The notes under the pieces were generated by a model. That model was given only the letters and a program-made list of their open reading frames with translations, did not search any database and was not told the DNA's origin. From an uncultured Acidobacteriaceae bacterium (GTDB lineage Bacteria > Acidobacteriota > Terriglobia > Terriglobales > Acidobacteriaceae): a DNA stretch of 64,000 bases. Below are positions 22,070 to 33,277 of the stretch, in pieces. The stretch spans positions 11,989 to 75,988 of the forward strand of contig CAVZRF010000031.1 of NCBI GenBank assembly GCA_963777685.1, in the 5' to 3' direction. How positions within the stretch are numbered: the stretch's first letter is position 1; each line of letters starts with the position of its first letter. Both the position numbers and the translations under genes were made by a program.

Positions 22070-23981
22070 GTGGAAACCTGCGGGAAAGCAACACCCCGGA
22101 CGAGATTCTTGCTCGCCGCCGGATTGATCGTATGCAACTCACCTCTGCTGCCTGCCCAATCGTCGACCTGCACAACAGGCGTCATCGCCGCGCAAACTGC
22201 GATCTCGCTGCCACCAACTCCGCCGCCCTCCGCCGCTGCCGGGGTCTTCCCCCTCGACCAGGTGCACCGCGGCCTGCACGGCATCGCCTACACCGTCTTT
22301 GAAGGCACCCAGCCCGAGGCCATGGAAGTCGAAATCCTGGGCGTGCTGCATAACGCCCTCGGCCCTGGGCAGGACATGATCCTCGCCCGCCTCATCGGCG
22401 CCAAGCCCGAATACACCGGCGTCGTCGCCGGCATGAGCGGCAGCCCCGTCTACATCGACGGCAAGCTGCTCGGCGCGCTCTCCTACCGCATCGGCCAGTT
22501 CAGCAAGGAGCCAATCGCCGGCATCACCCCCATCGCGGCAGATGTTCCAGGTTCGCGACCAGCCCGCTCCGCCTCGCAACCGCGAAACCGCTCCATCGGC
22601 CTCGGCAGCGCCGGCTGTCGACTTCAGCACAAATCGCCCGCAGCCGCGACATCCAACCGCTCGCCGACTGCCGGCAGCATGCAGCCCATCGAAACGCCCC
22701 TGGTCTTCAGCGGCTTCAGCCCCGAGGCCATCAAGCTCTGGCAGGACCACCTCACCCGCCTCCGGCCTGACCGCCGTCGCCGGAGTCGGCGGCTGGCCGC
22801 CTCCAACCAGCCCCAGCCCGAGCCCATCGTTCCCGGCTCCGCGGTCAGCGCCGTGCTGGTTCGCGGCGACCTGGAAATCTCCGCCACCTGCACCGTGACC
22901 TACGTCGATCCCAAGCAGCTGCTGGCCTGCGGCCACCCCATCACCCAGTTCGGCCCGGTCTCCATGCCCATGACCAAGGCCGAGGTCCTCGCGACCCTGC
23001 CCTCGCCGCTCAACGCCTTAAGATCATCAACACCACCGAGACCGTCGGCTCCTTCACCCAGGACCGCCAGTCCGCGATCGGCGGCCTGCTCGGCGCCACG
23101 GCGCGCATGATCCCCGTCAGCGTCACCATCGCCATGACGTTCCGAAGCTCGGCCGCAGGCCCCGCCGCAAGCTGCACTTCGAAGTCATCGACAAGCCCCA
23201 GATCACCCCCGGTAGCCATCATGGTCTCCGATCTACCAGTCGCTGCTGGCCAGCAACAACCTACGCCGAGGAATCCAGCTACCGCATGCACGGCAGATCG
23301 ACCTCGACGGCTACCCGCCGGTCCACCTCGATTCCCTGCTCGCGCCCACCGATCTGCCGCCCGCCTCCCTCAGGCCGCCCTGCACGTCGGCGAACGCTTC
23401 GCCCAGCTCTACGAAAACGCCGCCCGGCTGTACCAACTCCACTCCGTAAAGCGTCGATTTCAGGCCAATACCCCGGCCGAACAGTCGCTCCATGCAGATC
23501 GAAAGTGCCCGCAGCTCGGCCACCGCGCGTCCAGGCCGGGGACCGATCACCATCGACGCCACCGTGCGCCCCTACCACGGCGAACCGCGCAATCTCCGCA
23601 TCCCCGTCACCCTGCCCGCCACGCTGCCGCCGGGCACTGCTCCGCCTGCTGGTCAGCGACGCAGCCACCCTCGACCGCATCACCCAGCAACTCCCGCGTC
23701 GGCGGTCAGCCCGCTCGACATCGCCGCCACCATCGCCCAGATCAACTAGCCTCCACGCCAACGACCGCCTCTACGTCACCCTGCTCGCACCCCAGGCCCA
23801 GGCCGTGCTCGATGGCCGCACCCTGGCCGCCCTGCCCCTCTCCATGGCCAACGTCCTCGAGCCCCTGCGCGCCAACCAGGAGATCGCCCTCAACGGCGAG
23901 TCCGCCGTCTCCGCCTGGCCTCGGTCCCCGTCGACGCCATGCTTCACCGGCCAGCAGATTCTCCCTCTGCGGGTAGAATGA
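22070..23981 (+). CDS. SpoIVB peptidase S55 domain protein (heavily frameshifted)
   Basis: TVFEGT.PE, GVVAGMSGSPVYIDGKLLGA, FSKEPIAGITPI, PGSAV...CTVT, ACGHP. Confidence 0.8.
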
Positions 23982-24064
23982 GGATTTTCGCGCCGCGCCT
24001 TGCTCACTTACAGAACGCGTATGACAATCTGCGACACTCTTCCCGGTAAGAGGACTACTTACCC

Positions 24065-25083
24065 ATGGCATTCGATTCACGGAATGGCGGTGCATGCGGC
24101 TGGCGCCGAACTGCTCCCCTTCAAATACGAACCCGGCGAGCTCCGGCCCCAGGACGTCGAAGTCAGAATCACCCACTGCGGCGTCTGCCACAGCGACCTG
24201 CACCTCATCGACAACGACTGGGGTATGAGCCAGTATCCCTTCATTCCCGGCCACGAGATCGTCGGCACCGTCGCTGCAGCTGGGCAGCTCGGTCACCGGA
24301 CTTGCGATCGGCGACCGCGTCGGCATCGGCTGGCAGGCCGACTCCTGCGGCCACTGCGAATGGTGCCGCCAGGGCCAGGAAAACCTCTGCGCCCAGAACG
24401 CAGGGCACCTGCGTCCACCGCCATGGCGGTTACGCCGGACGCGGTCCGCGTCAACGCCCGCTTCGCCGTGTCCGATTCCCGCCGCACTCGAAAGCGAAAA
24501 CGCCGCTCCCCTGCTCTGCGGCGGCATCACCGTCTACAACCCCATCCGCACCCACGGGGTGAGCGCCGCCTCGCGCGTCGGGAGTCATCGGCATCGGCGG
24601 CCTCGGCCACATGGCGCTGCAGTTCGCCCGCGCCTTCGGCGCCGACGTCACCGCCTTCTCCACCTCGGCCGCCAAAGAAGCAGGAAGCCCTGGCGCTTCG
24701 GCGCCCACCATTTCGTCAACACCCGCGAATCCAAGGGCCTGAAAAGCCTCGCCGGCCACTTCGACTTCATCCTCTCCACCATCAACGCCGACCAGGATTG
24801 GGCCGCCTACTCTGAACGCCCTCCGCCCCACCGGCACCCTGTCTTCGTCGGCGTACCGCCCGCCCCGATCGCCCTGCCCGTTTTTCCGCTGGTCGGCGGC
24901 CAGCGACACGCGTCGCCGGAAGCCCCATCGGCAGCCCCTGGCAGATCCGCGAAATGCTCGACGTCGCCGCCCGCCACGGCGTCAAGGCCCAGACCGAGAA
25001 GCTTCGCCTTCGACAAAGTCAACGTCGCCCTCGGCAAGGTCCGCAAAAACCACGTCCGCTATCGCGCCGTGCTGGCGCGCTAA
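24065..25083 (+). CDS. Zn-dependent NAD(P)H alcohol dehydrogenase / aldehyde reductase (Ahr-like; frameshifted)
   Basis: [48 protein letters not shown] across frames. Confidence 0.85.
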
Positions 25084-25640
25084 GCGAACTCCTTGCGCAT
25101 CCGAACCATAGGCAGAGCCTCGCCATTCGGCAGAGGCACCGCAATTCGTTCCATCTCGCAATAGCCCTTCAGCGAGTAAAGCGGGACCCCGGTCAGCGTC
25201 GATCCCATCTCGAAGCAGCGAAAGCCCGCCGCCACAGCCGCGTCCTCGCAATGCTTCAGGATCAGGCTCCCAACCCCCCGCCGCGCCCAGTCCGGATGCA
25301 CAAAGATCGCTCGAATCTTCGCCGCATCGACAGCAGGATCGAGCAGTGCCGCCTCGCGTCCCGGCCCATGATCGCTGCCAAAGAGCGTCTTGCGGTAGCT
25401 CCATCCACCACACCCGACGGCGGCGAGCGCACCGGCATTGTCCCAGCTCTCGGCAACGAAGTAAGTCTGGTCCTCGATCAACTGTGTATCCAGACCAAGA
25501 ACCCTGCCCAAAGCGCCCTCGATTTGCGCCTGCGTATAGTCGCCGGCCTGCAGACCTCGCACCGATGCCTCGATCAGCCGATGCAAAGCCGGAATATCTG
25601 AGCTTTGCGCAGTGCGAATTTGGATCGGAGAGAGTGCCAT
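25080..25640 (-). CDS. GNAT N-acetyltransferase
   Basis: GCGGWSYRKTLFG, IRAIFVHPDWARRGVG, TLTGVPLY. Confidence 0.9.
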   Translation of the reverse strand: MALSPIQIRTAQSSDIPALHRLIEASVRGLQAGDYTQAQIEGALGRVLGLDTQLIEDQTYFVAESWDNAGALAAVGCGGWSYRKTLFGSDHGPGREAALLDPAVDAAKIRAIFVHPDWARRGVGSLILKHCEDAAVAAGFRCFEMGSTLTGVPLYSLKGYCEMERIAVPLPNGEALPMVRMRKEFA

Positions 25641-25714
25641 GCCAGACCATTATCTCCGCGACCGCCGGAAACAAGGGGTTCGTAATCAACTAAAACAGAT
25701 GGATAGAGGGCGCG

Positions 25715-25969
25715 ATGGACAAGACAATCCGCCGGGTCACCGATCTCAAAGAGCAGCGCATGGGAACCTACCGCTACTGGCGCAGCCGCTCGGTTGGAGA
25801 ACGTCTCGTCGCTGTACGAGAAGCCAGTATTGACGCCTATGCATTTAAGGGAGTGCGCATCGATGATGAACAAAGATCTGCGAGACATCTTGTGCGCATT
25901 GAACGCCGAGAGAAACTCCGCGAGACCTCCGTCCTCGATCAAGAACCGCTCAACAAATCACAGACCTGA
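25715..25969 (+). CDS. Small hypothetical protein, probable remnant of a two-gene TA-like module
   Basis: YWRSRSVGERL motif; overlapping ATG at 25863 gives MMNKDLRDILCALNAE, which resembles a nucleotidyltransferase N-terminus and then breaks off. Confidence 0.5.
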   Translation: MDKTIRRVTDLKEQRMGTYRYWRSRSVGERLVAVREASIDAYAFKGVRIDDEQRSARHLVRIERREKLRETSVLDQEPLNKSQT

Positions 25970-27053
25970 GGGCTCTTTCTCCGCAGGAAGATCAGAAGCA
26001 ACGGGCGCGATCTCGCTAGAGGCCGCAACCACTCCGCCAAGCGGCAAAATCTGCACCAACTGCGGCGCGGCAGCCTCAGCCGGAGACCCCATCGCCTCCT
26101 CATGCTGCCGCTTCGCCGCCGCATCGATGTCCACCGGAATTCCACCCGCAATCACCACCGGCTGCGCATATTCCCACGCATAATCCCGCGTCACCCACAT
26201 CAACACGCCAAGCGACCCCAACAGAACGATCGCCGCAACCGCGCTACCCTCCGGCCCATACCCGTCACCGGTCAGCCACAGCGGCCCGTGCGGATTGGTC
26301 GAGATCACTGGAGAAAATATCCGCAGCCCCGAAATCGGCAGCCCAAACAAAATCCCCATGCTCGCGTTCCACGCAAAATGCAGTCCCCAGGGCAGCCAAA
26401 GCGCACGAGTGCGCAGATAGGCGATCGCGAAACAGCCACCCCGCCAGCACCGTCACCAGCGTGCTCGCCAGGCTCGAATCAGGATTGCCCAAATGGCGAA
26501 TCGCGAAAACAGCCGACACAATCAAGGTCGCCAGAACTGGCCCCACACCATCGATCAGCCGCTGAAAGGGATATCCGCGAAAGATCACCTCTTCGGCCAG
26601 CGCCGCAACCAGCAACACGACCAGATCGAGAACCAGCAGCCCAAACTGCCGCGGCCCCGTCCAGAAAGTGATTGTGAATCCGCCAATCACGGCCATCGGC
26701 AGCACGCAAACCACCATCGCGCCCCAGCCAAACGCGGCCCCGGTGCCAAACTCTCCCGTTGCCGACTTACGGCGAATCAGCCCCATCGACTTCAGCGGCG
26801 TTCGTTGCCGCTGAAAGACATAACCCATCGCCCAATAGCCGACCAGCAGCAGGATGAGCAGCGTCGAGCGGTAGACCAGCTCAAACCATGGGCCGGAGCT
26901 CAGTCCGCTCGCAAATCCGCCGGCCAGACCCTCCGCCAGCCACGCATACATGAAAGCGATGACGCAAAAGACAACCGCCCATAGCCGAAAGAGGAACGTC
27001 TTCCTGGGAATGCCTCCGAACAGCGCGACGTCAGGCGTCACGGCCGCGCTCAA
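25958..27053 (-). CDS. CPBP (CAAX/Abi) intramembrane metalloprotease (frameshift near 26430)
   Basis: ALAEEVIFRGY, FAIRH, LWLPWGLHFAWN, LTGDGYGPEGS. Confidence 0.85.
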
Positions 27054-27142
27054 GAGCGCGCCTCACGCTTCGTAAGCCAGCAGGATTCCGAAGTCATCCA
27101 GCGGACGCAAGAGCCATCGATCATGGAGGTAGGAGCCGGCAT

Positions 27143-27988
27143 TCAGGAGGTATAAAACTGGCCGATATTACGGAATTTTGCCTGCCGCGCGGCTAGCAAT
27201 TCGTCGATCGGCACCGACTTGATCGCGTCGAAGTGCAGCGTGAGCGCCGCGTCAAGCAATTCGCTTGCGGCCTCGATGTCGGTCTGCGCCCCGTCTCCCG
27301 GCTCCGCGATCACATCGTCAATACAACCCAGCGCCTTGATCTCGGCTGACGTGATCTTCAACGCCGCAGCCGCCTCGGCTTTCTTGCCCGCATCGCGCCA
27401 CATGATCGAGGCGCAGCCCTCAGGCGAGATCACCGAATAAATCGCATTCTCCAGCATCAGCACCCGATCCGCCACGGCAATCGCCAGTGCGCCGCCCGAG
27501 CCACCCTCGCCGGTGATCGTCGCAATCGTCGGCACCCGCAGCCGCGACATCTCAAGCAGGTTCCGCGCAATCGCCTCGGCCTGGCCGCGCTCTTCAGCGC
27601 CCATCCCATGCCATGCGCCGGGAATATCGATAAACGTAAACACCGGGCGGCCAAACTTCTCCGCGATCTTCATCGCCCGCAGCGCCTTCCGGTAACCCTC
27701 CGGATTCGGCATGCCAAAATTCCGCTGCACCTTCTCTTTGGTCGTCCGCCCCTTCAGATTGGCGACGACCATCACCTCCGCGCCATGAAACCGCGCCATC
27801 CCGCACGAAATCACCGGATCGTCGCCAAACGCGCGGTCGCCATGGATCTCGCTGAAATCGGTGAAGATGCGTCCTACAAAATCCATGGGGAAGGGCCGTT
27901 GAGGATGCCGTGCCAACTCCGTTTTGACCCATGCCGCAGGGACCGAACCCGTCCGCCGCTGCTCAAGACTGCCAGAATGCTCTGCCAT
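27143..27988 (-). CDS. accA: Acetyl-CoA carboxylase carboxyltransferase alpha subunit
   Basis: LARHPQRP, HGDRAFGDD, RNFGMPNPEGYRKA, GEGGSGGALA, YSVISPEGCASI. Confidence 0.96.
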   Translation of the reverse strand: MAEHSGSLEQRRTGSVPAAWVKTELARHPQRPFPMDFVGRIFTDFSEIHGDRAFGDDPVISCGMARFHGAEVMVVANLKGRTTKEKVQRNFGMPNPEGYRKALRAMKIAEKFGRPVFTFIDIPGAWHGMGAEERGQAEAIARNLLEMSRLRVPTIATITGEGGSGGALAIAVADRVLMLENAIYSVISPEGCASIMWRDAGKKAEAAAALKITSAEIKALGCIDDVIAEPGDGAQTDIEAASELLDAALTLHFDAIKSVPIDELLAARQAKFRNIGQFYTS

Positions 27989-28081
27989 AAACGAATGAAA
28001 TCCAATCCAATGCCTCGGCAAACTTACCGAGGCCAACCTTTAGATTGTATGGACACGCGCGGCGAGAGACAAACCCCCGCT

Positions 28082-28992
28082 CTACGCCTTGGTCCACTCC
28101 AAGCGGCGCGGCTTGAATCCGAAGGTCCGTTTGGCCTTCGCATTGGAGGCGCCAGTAAGCTTCGTCGCGTAATAAACGGCGTCTTCTCCGGCTGCCGCTC
28201 GCGCCTGCTCTTCCGTCACCTTAGGAGGCGGAGGAGCGCCCACCCACTCCGCAAACTCCGGCAGCCATCGGCTCACCGGCGAAGGATCGTCGTCCACGAT
28301 GTTGTATATTCCGGCCGGAATCGTCAGCGCCTCAACGGTGGCAAGCGCCGCGTCATCGATATGGATCCACGACCAGACACCTTGCCCATTCCCAATGATC
28401 GGATTCTCCTGCCGCCGCACATGGTCGGCGACCGCTCCATCGGGGTTGTACCAGGTCTTCGGCCCATAGAAGAACCCATAGCGCAGCGAAACACCCTCCA
28501 TCGGCCCAGCCTGCAGCACTCGCGCTTCAAGCTCGGCATAAGTTCGCGAACTCGCTGCGACACCCGGAGTGGCGTCGACGCGCAGCCCGTCCTCCTCGGT
28601 CGCGAGTGCGCCGCTCGCCTTCAAAAAGAATCCGCTCGCCTGCTGGATATAGCGGCGAACACCCGTCGCTAAAGCGGCCCGATAGAGATTTCCACCACCT
28701 TCGAGCCGCAGCTTTCGATCTCCCTCAGCCGCCGCAGCCATATCAAACGGGTCCTTCGGCAGCGAAGTCAGCTCATCGATCACCACCTCCGCGCCTGACT
28801 CCTGCACCGCCCGTTCCAAAGCCGCGCCGTCGAACGCATCCACAGAGACGACAGTCGCGCCCAAGATCGGCAAGGTCTTTCGCAGCCGCCACCGAACGCG
28901 ACATCCCCGTCACGGTCATGGCCACGGCGAATCAACTCTGCAATAAGCGGCTGCCCAATCGCTCCGCTCGCACCAGCAACAAACACTTTCAT
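28082..28992 (-). CDS. NAD-dependent epimerase/dehydratase (frameshift near 28880)
   Basis: MKVFVAGASGAIG Rossmann motif; LRYGFFYGP, SWIHIDDAA, YNIVDDDP, SNAKAK. Confidence 0.88.
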
Positions 28993-29145
28993 GACTACCC
29001 TCCGCCTCAGACTTCCATTTTCCCTCTTGGATGATCCAGAGTCCCGCTGATCGCAAATCTTTCGAGGGGTGCCGCGATCCCCCTCAAAACGACGACCCGC
29101 TCGGCCACCTGACTGCGACCCATTCAAACTAGTAAGCTGTCTGAG

Positions 29146-30636
29146 ATGACCACGACCTACAAGAATCTCATCGGCGGCCAATGGGTCGCCTCGCACAGCG
29201 GCAAAACCTTCCAGAACATCAATCCCGCCAACCACGAAGACATCGTCGGCGAATTCCAGCAATCCGAAGCCGCCGACATCGACGACGCCGTCGCCGCTGC
29301 AGCCGAAGCCTGGAAGACCTGGCGTCTCACCCCCGCGCCCAAGCGCGCCGAGATCCTCTATCGCTGCGGCGAAATCCTGCTCACCCGCAAAGAGCAATAC
29401 GCCAACGACATGACCCGCGAAATGGGCAAGGTCCTCGCCGAGACCCGCGGCGACGTGCAGGAAGCCGTCGACACCGCCTACTACATGGCCGGCGAAGGTC
29501 GCCGCCTCTTCGGCCAGACCACACCGTCCGAGTTGCCCAACAAATTCGCCATGTCGCTCAGAATGCCGGTCGGCGTCTGCGGCATGATCGCGCCGTGGAA
29601 CTTCCCCATGGCCATCCCCTCGTGGAAGCTCTTTCCCGCGCTCGTCTGCGGCAACACCTGCGTCATCAAGCCCGCCGAAGACACCCCGCTCTCGACCTAC
29701 AACCTCGTCCAAACGCTCATCGACGCCGGCTTGCCGCCCGGAGTCGTCAACATCGTCACCGGATTCGGCCCCGAGGCCGGCGCGCCGCTCGTCGCCCACC
29801 CCGGCGTCCGCGCCATCTCCTTCACCGGCTCGAGCGAAGTAGGCCGCATCGTCGGCCAGACCGCCGCCGGCCTCTTCAAGCCATGCTCGTTAGAGATGGG
29901 CGGCAAGAATGCCATGATCGTCCTCGAAGACGCCAACCTCGACCTCGCCCTCGAAGGCGCGCTCTGGGGAGCCTTCGGGACGACAGGCCAACGATGCACC
30001 GCAACCAGCCGCATCATCCTGCATAAGTCGATCGCCGCCGAATTCACCGAGAAGTTAGTAACTCGCGCTAAGTCGCTCAAAGTCGGCAACGGCCTCGACG
30101 AATCGAACCAGGTCGGCCCCCAAATCAACCAGCAACAGATCGAAACCTCCGAACGCTACGTCGCCATCGCCAAAGCCGAAGGAGCAAAGCTCGTCACCGG
30201 AGGAGCAAGGCTCACTGATGGCGCACAAGCCAAAGGCTGGTTCTTCGCACCCACCGTCTTCAGCGAAGTGAAACCGCAGATGCGAATCGCCCAGGAAGAA
30301 GTCTTCGGCCCCGTCGTCAGCCTCATCGAATGCCAAGACCTCGAAGACGCACTCGCCATCGCCAACGGCATCCAATACGGGCTATCGACCTCGCTCTACT
30401 CCAAAGACGTCAACCGCGCCTTTCAAGCCATCCGCGACTTAGAAGCCGGAATCACCTACATCAACGCCCCAACCATCGGCGCCGAAGTCCACCTCCCCTT
30501 CGGAGGAGTGAAGCAAACCGGCAACGGCCACAGAGAAGGCGGCACCGGAGCCCTCGATTTCTACACAACCTGGAAGTCGGTGTACGTCGACTACTCCGAC
30601 AAGTTGCAAAGAGCGCAAATTGACACGGGAGAATAG
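29146..30636 (+). CDS. Aldehyde dehydrogenase
   Basis: [37 protein letters not shown]. Confidence 0.96.
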   Translation: MTTTYKNLIGGQWVASHSGKTFQNINPANHEDIVGEFQQSEAADIDDAVAAAAEAWKTWRLTPAPKRAEILYRCGEILLTRKEQYANDMTREMGKVLAETRGDVQEAVDTAYYMAGEGRRLFGQTTPSELPNKFAMSLRMPVGVCGMIAPWNFPMAIPSWKLFPALVCGNTCVIKPAEDTPLSTYNLVQTLIDAGLPPGVVNIVTGFGPEAGAPLVAHPGVRAISFTGSSEVGRIVGQTAAGLFKPCSLEMGGKNAMIVLEDANLDLALEGALWGAFGTTGQRCTATSRIILHKSIAAEFTEKLVTRAKSLKVGNGLDESNQVGPQINQQQIETSERYVAIAKAEGAKLVTGGARLTDGAQAKGWFFAPTVFSEVKPQMRIAQEEVFGPVVSLIECQDLEDALAIANGIQYGLSTSLYSKDVNRAFQAIRDLEAGITYINAPTIGAEVHLPFGGVKQTGNGHREGGTGALDFYTTWKSVYVDYSDKLQRAQIDTGE

Positions 30637-30666
30637 GGAACAGTCCTTGGGTAAAGTAACAAGACT

Positions 30667-30707
30667 TGTCATCTCGACCGAGCGAAGCGTAGTGGAGAGA
30701 TCTGCGG
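30667..30707. repeat. Degenerate REP-like element (TGTCATCTCGACCG type)
   Basis: TGTCATCTCGACCGAGCGAAGCGTAGTGGAGAGATC; weak similarity to 57747..57766. Confidence 0.5.
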
Positions 30708-30743
30708 CTTCTTTCCCCGTCTGATCGGAGTTAACATAACGCC

Positions 30744-30974
30744 ATGACCCAAGCCGCCGAAGAACTCCTCCAGCAGGCCCTTCAACTCCCCGAGGAAGAC
30801 CGCGACCGCATCGCCGAAGCTCTCTGGCGAAGTCTGGACGAGGCGCATCCGGGCCTTCACGAAGAGTGGACCGCGGAAGTCAATCGCCGGATCGCCGAGA
30901 TCGACGAAGGTAAAGTGCAACTCATTCCCGGAGAAGAAGTAATGGCACGATTGCGCGCGCGCCTCCCTCGGTGA
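30744..30974 (+). CDS. Addiction module antitoxin (TIGR02574-like)
   Basis: ALQLPEEDR..IAEALWRSL...W.AEVNRR...GKVQLIPGEEV. Confidence 0.88.
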   Translation: MTQAAEELLQQALQLPEEDRDRIAEALWRSLDEAHPGLHEEWTAEVNRRIAEIDEGKVQLIPGEEVMARLRARLPR

Positions 30975-31285
30975 ATCGCTCTCAGATCGATGCGCGAACG
31001 GCTTGGCACCCGGGAGCGGAGCGAGAAGCAACCGATGCATGGGATTGGTATGCAGCACGCAGCGATTCGGCAGCGCTACGCTTTCCCGAGCAACTGGAAG
31101 AGACAATCCAGCGCCTTGTAACGTCGCCGAAGCAATTTCCGGTGGTTGGGCACCGTGCTCGGCGTGCGCTGCTGCCAGACTTTCCTTATGCCGTCATCTT
31201 CCGCGAGACGCCCGAAAAGATCCAAATTCTCGCCGTCGCTCACGGCAAACGTCGACCCGGCTATTGGCGAGGTCGGACCCTCTAA
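30971..31285 (+). CDS. RelE/ParE family toxin
   Basis: HPGAERE..A.DWY, RRALL..FPYAVIF, ILAVAHGKRRPGYW; overlaps antitoxin. Confidence 0.88.
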   Translation: MNRSQIDARTAWHPGAEREATDAWDWYAARSDSAALRFPEQLEETIQRLVTSPKQFPVVGHRARRALLPDFPYAVIFRETPEKIQILAVAHGKRRPGYWRGRTL

Positions 31286-31360
31286 AGCCTCTTGCTTCGG
31301 CTTCAGAATATTCAGCGCGCATAGAAACCCGCCGCGCGGGACCGCCCTTTCAAGTGCCCG

Positions 31361-32461
31361 CTACTGCGCCTTCACAAACCGGAATTCAGGGCTTTCCACA
31401 ATCGTCTGCCCACTCGGAGGCGTATGGCTATTGACCGTTTTCACATCCAGGCCGCCGCTTAGAGGAGTGATCGAAATCTGCACCGTGCGGTTGCTCCGTA
31501 ACTCGCCCGGCAGGGCGCTCACCTTCCACGTACCGGCCATCTGGTTCCCGTCAAAAGTCAGCGTCTGCGCGCCCCACGAACAAGGCGTGGGCTGGCACGA
31601 TCCCCAGGGCTCGACGCTGTACTGACTTCCAGATCCTGAGATCTTCAACTGCTGAAGAGAGTCCGGCCCGGTGGCCGCCCCGCTTTTGACCCAGGTTCCC
31701 GCCAGCGGAGAACTCACGGCAGCCGTAACCGCAGATGGCTGCGTTGGAGGCGCAGCAGGCCCGCGAGCCACCTGGGTCGACGCGGAGTTCGGCGTCAGAC
31801 TCGCACTGCCGCTATACGTTTTGTTGTTAAGCGCAAAGAAAGCCACAAGCGCCACAACAATAACGGTCGCAATCACCCCACCCAGAATCAGAGGCAGCTT
31901 CGATTTCTTCGCTTCCGGCGCGGCGTAAGGTGTGATCGGCGGAGGCAGCTGCACCGGAACCGTCGCGTGCACTGGCTGATTGGCAGTCGAAGGCGTCGAG
32001 GTCACATAGGCCTTCAACGCCCCTACCAGCAACTCCACATCGGAGTTCCACCGCGCATGAGAGATCTCGACGCTGTTCCGATAGGCGAGGTCTTGGATGT
32101 TCTCTGGCAGCAGGTCCCGATGCGGCATCTTCGCGCCGTGCACCAGCACTGGAATGACGGCAATATTCCGCGCCAGCGCCGAGGCGATCTCCAGGCGCAC
32201 AAAATCGTTGGGATCATCGATTCGGCGCTCGCCGTTCGCCCCAGTGATCGTCGCCCACTGTGACCCGATCACAGCCAGAAAAACTCCACACGCGGAGACG
32301 TTGTCATCGATAGCTTTGCGGAAATCAACGCCCGGCGCAATGCCGGCCACATCCATGAAGACGGCATCGCTCCCGTAAGCACGAGTCAGATCGTCGAAAA
32401 GCCGCCCCGTCTCGCCCTCAGAGTCGTCGCGCCGGTAGCTGATAAAGATTGTGTGCTGCAC
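31361..32461 (-). CDS. TIR domain - transmembrane - extracytoplasmic domain protein
   Basis: IFISYRRDD, VFMDV, DFVRLEI (TIR_2 type); TM LPLILGGVIATVIVVALVAFFAL; C-terminal WGSCQPTPCSWG domain. Confidence 0.88.
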   Translation of the reverse strand: MQHTIFISYRRDDSEGETGRLFDDLTRAYGSDAVFMDVAGIAPGVDFRKAIDDNVSACGVFLAVIGSQWATITGANGERRIDDPNDFVRLEIASALARNIAVIPVLVHGAKMPHRDLLPENIQDLAYRNSVEISHARWNSDVELLVGALKAYVTSTPSTANQPVHATVPVQLPPPITPYAAPEAKKSKLPLILGGVIATVIVVALVAFFALNNKTYSGSASLTPNSASTQVARGPAAPPTQPSAVTAAVSSPLAGTWVKSGAATGPDSLQQLKISGSGSQYSVEPWGSCQPTPCSWGAQTLTFDGNQMAGTWKVSALPGELRSNRTVQISITPLSGGLDVKTVNSHTPPSGQTIVESPEFRFVKAQ

Positions 32462-32593
32462 CAGCGTTACTCCTTAAGAGGAGATTCACAGCCTTGCTCC
32501 AAAGCTCCAGGCGATCACGGCCGCCATCAGTTCCAGAGTCGAGGCCAGAATAGGCGATGTCTCGCCGTTCGGCAACACACATTTGTGCTCGGG

Positions 32594-33277
32594 TTACTTC
32601 TGAACGACGTTCTTCGCCTTGGGCACGTCGAAGACGGTCTTCGGCAGCGACTTCGAGTTGTATTTAATGTGCGTGAAGGTACACGTCCGCGTGTCGCCCG
32701 ACGTGTAATAGAAGATCTGCTTCAGCGAAACCGCCCGAGCCGGATCGACCCACACCGTGATGTGCACGATGTTCGCTCCCTTGGCCTGGTCGCTCGTCAG
32801 GTCGAGCTTCTCGGTTGCGACTCCATCGATCGTCTCCGCCCCAAGATCGTTGATCTGCCACGCCGACTTCAGGTCTTTGCCGCTACCGCCAAAACCCAGC
32901 GTCAGAAAGCTCTCATACTGCGCCTTGTTTTTCCCGGCGGCAAAAACACTGAGCTGGTCGAGCCCCGGATCGTAGTAACTCAGCGTCGCATCTTTGTAGA
33001 CGACCGTCTTCTTCGTTGGCTTATCGACGAGCGCCGCCATCTGGGTCTGCCCGCCAACGCGCTCGAAGTAGATCGTCCCCGTCTGCAGCTCATGGTCGTC
33101 AACGACTTTGGTGTAATTGTCCCAGGTAAAATCTGCCTGCGCATTCTGAAACTTCGCCGCAGCAGCATCCATCTGCGCCAGCACCTTGTCTAAATCAGCG
33201 GCATAACTCCTCACCGAAGAAGATGCCACGAACAACAGCGCCAATCCCAACCACGAACTTAGCTTCATCTTCTTCAT
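32594..33277 (-). CDS. LolA-like outer-membrane lipoprotein carrier / sorting protein
   Basis: Signal peptide, ADF...GTIYF, FLTLGFG, TVWVD; size and beta pattern of LolA family. Confidence 0.7.
   Translation of the reverse strand: MKKMKLSSWLGLALLFVASSSVRSYAADLDKVLAQMDAAAAKFQNAQADFTWDNYTKVVDDHELQTGTIYFERVGGQTQMAALVDKPTKKTVVYKDATLSYYDPGLDQLSVFAAGKNKAQYESFLTLGFGGSGKDLKSAWQINDLGAETIDGVATEKLDLTSDQAKGANIVHITVWVDPARAVSLKQIFYYTSGDTRTCTFTHIKYNSKSLPKTVFDVPKAKNVVQK

Noticed and set aside
28780-29799. 339-aa antisense ORF over the aldehyde dehydrogenase, and similar long shadow ORFs over serS, rimO, cinA and lacD
   Set aside because: Expected by-product of high GC3 codon bias; no motifs or RBS (apart from the frameshifted epimerase N-terminus embedded at its end)
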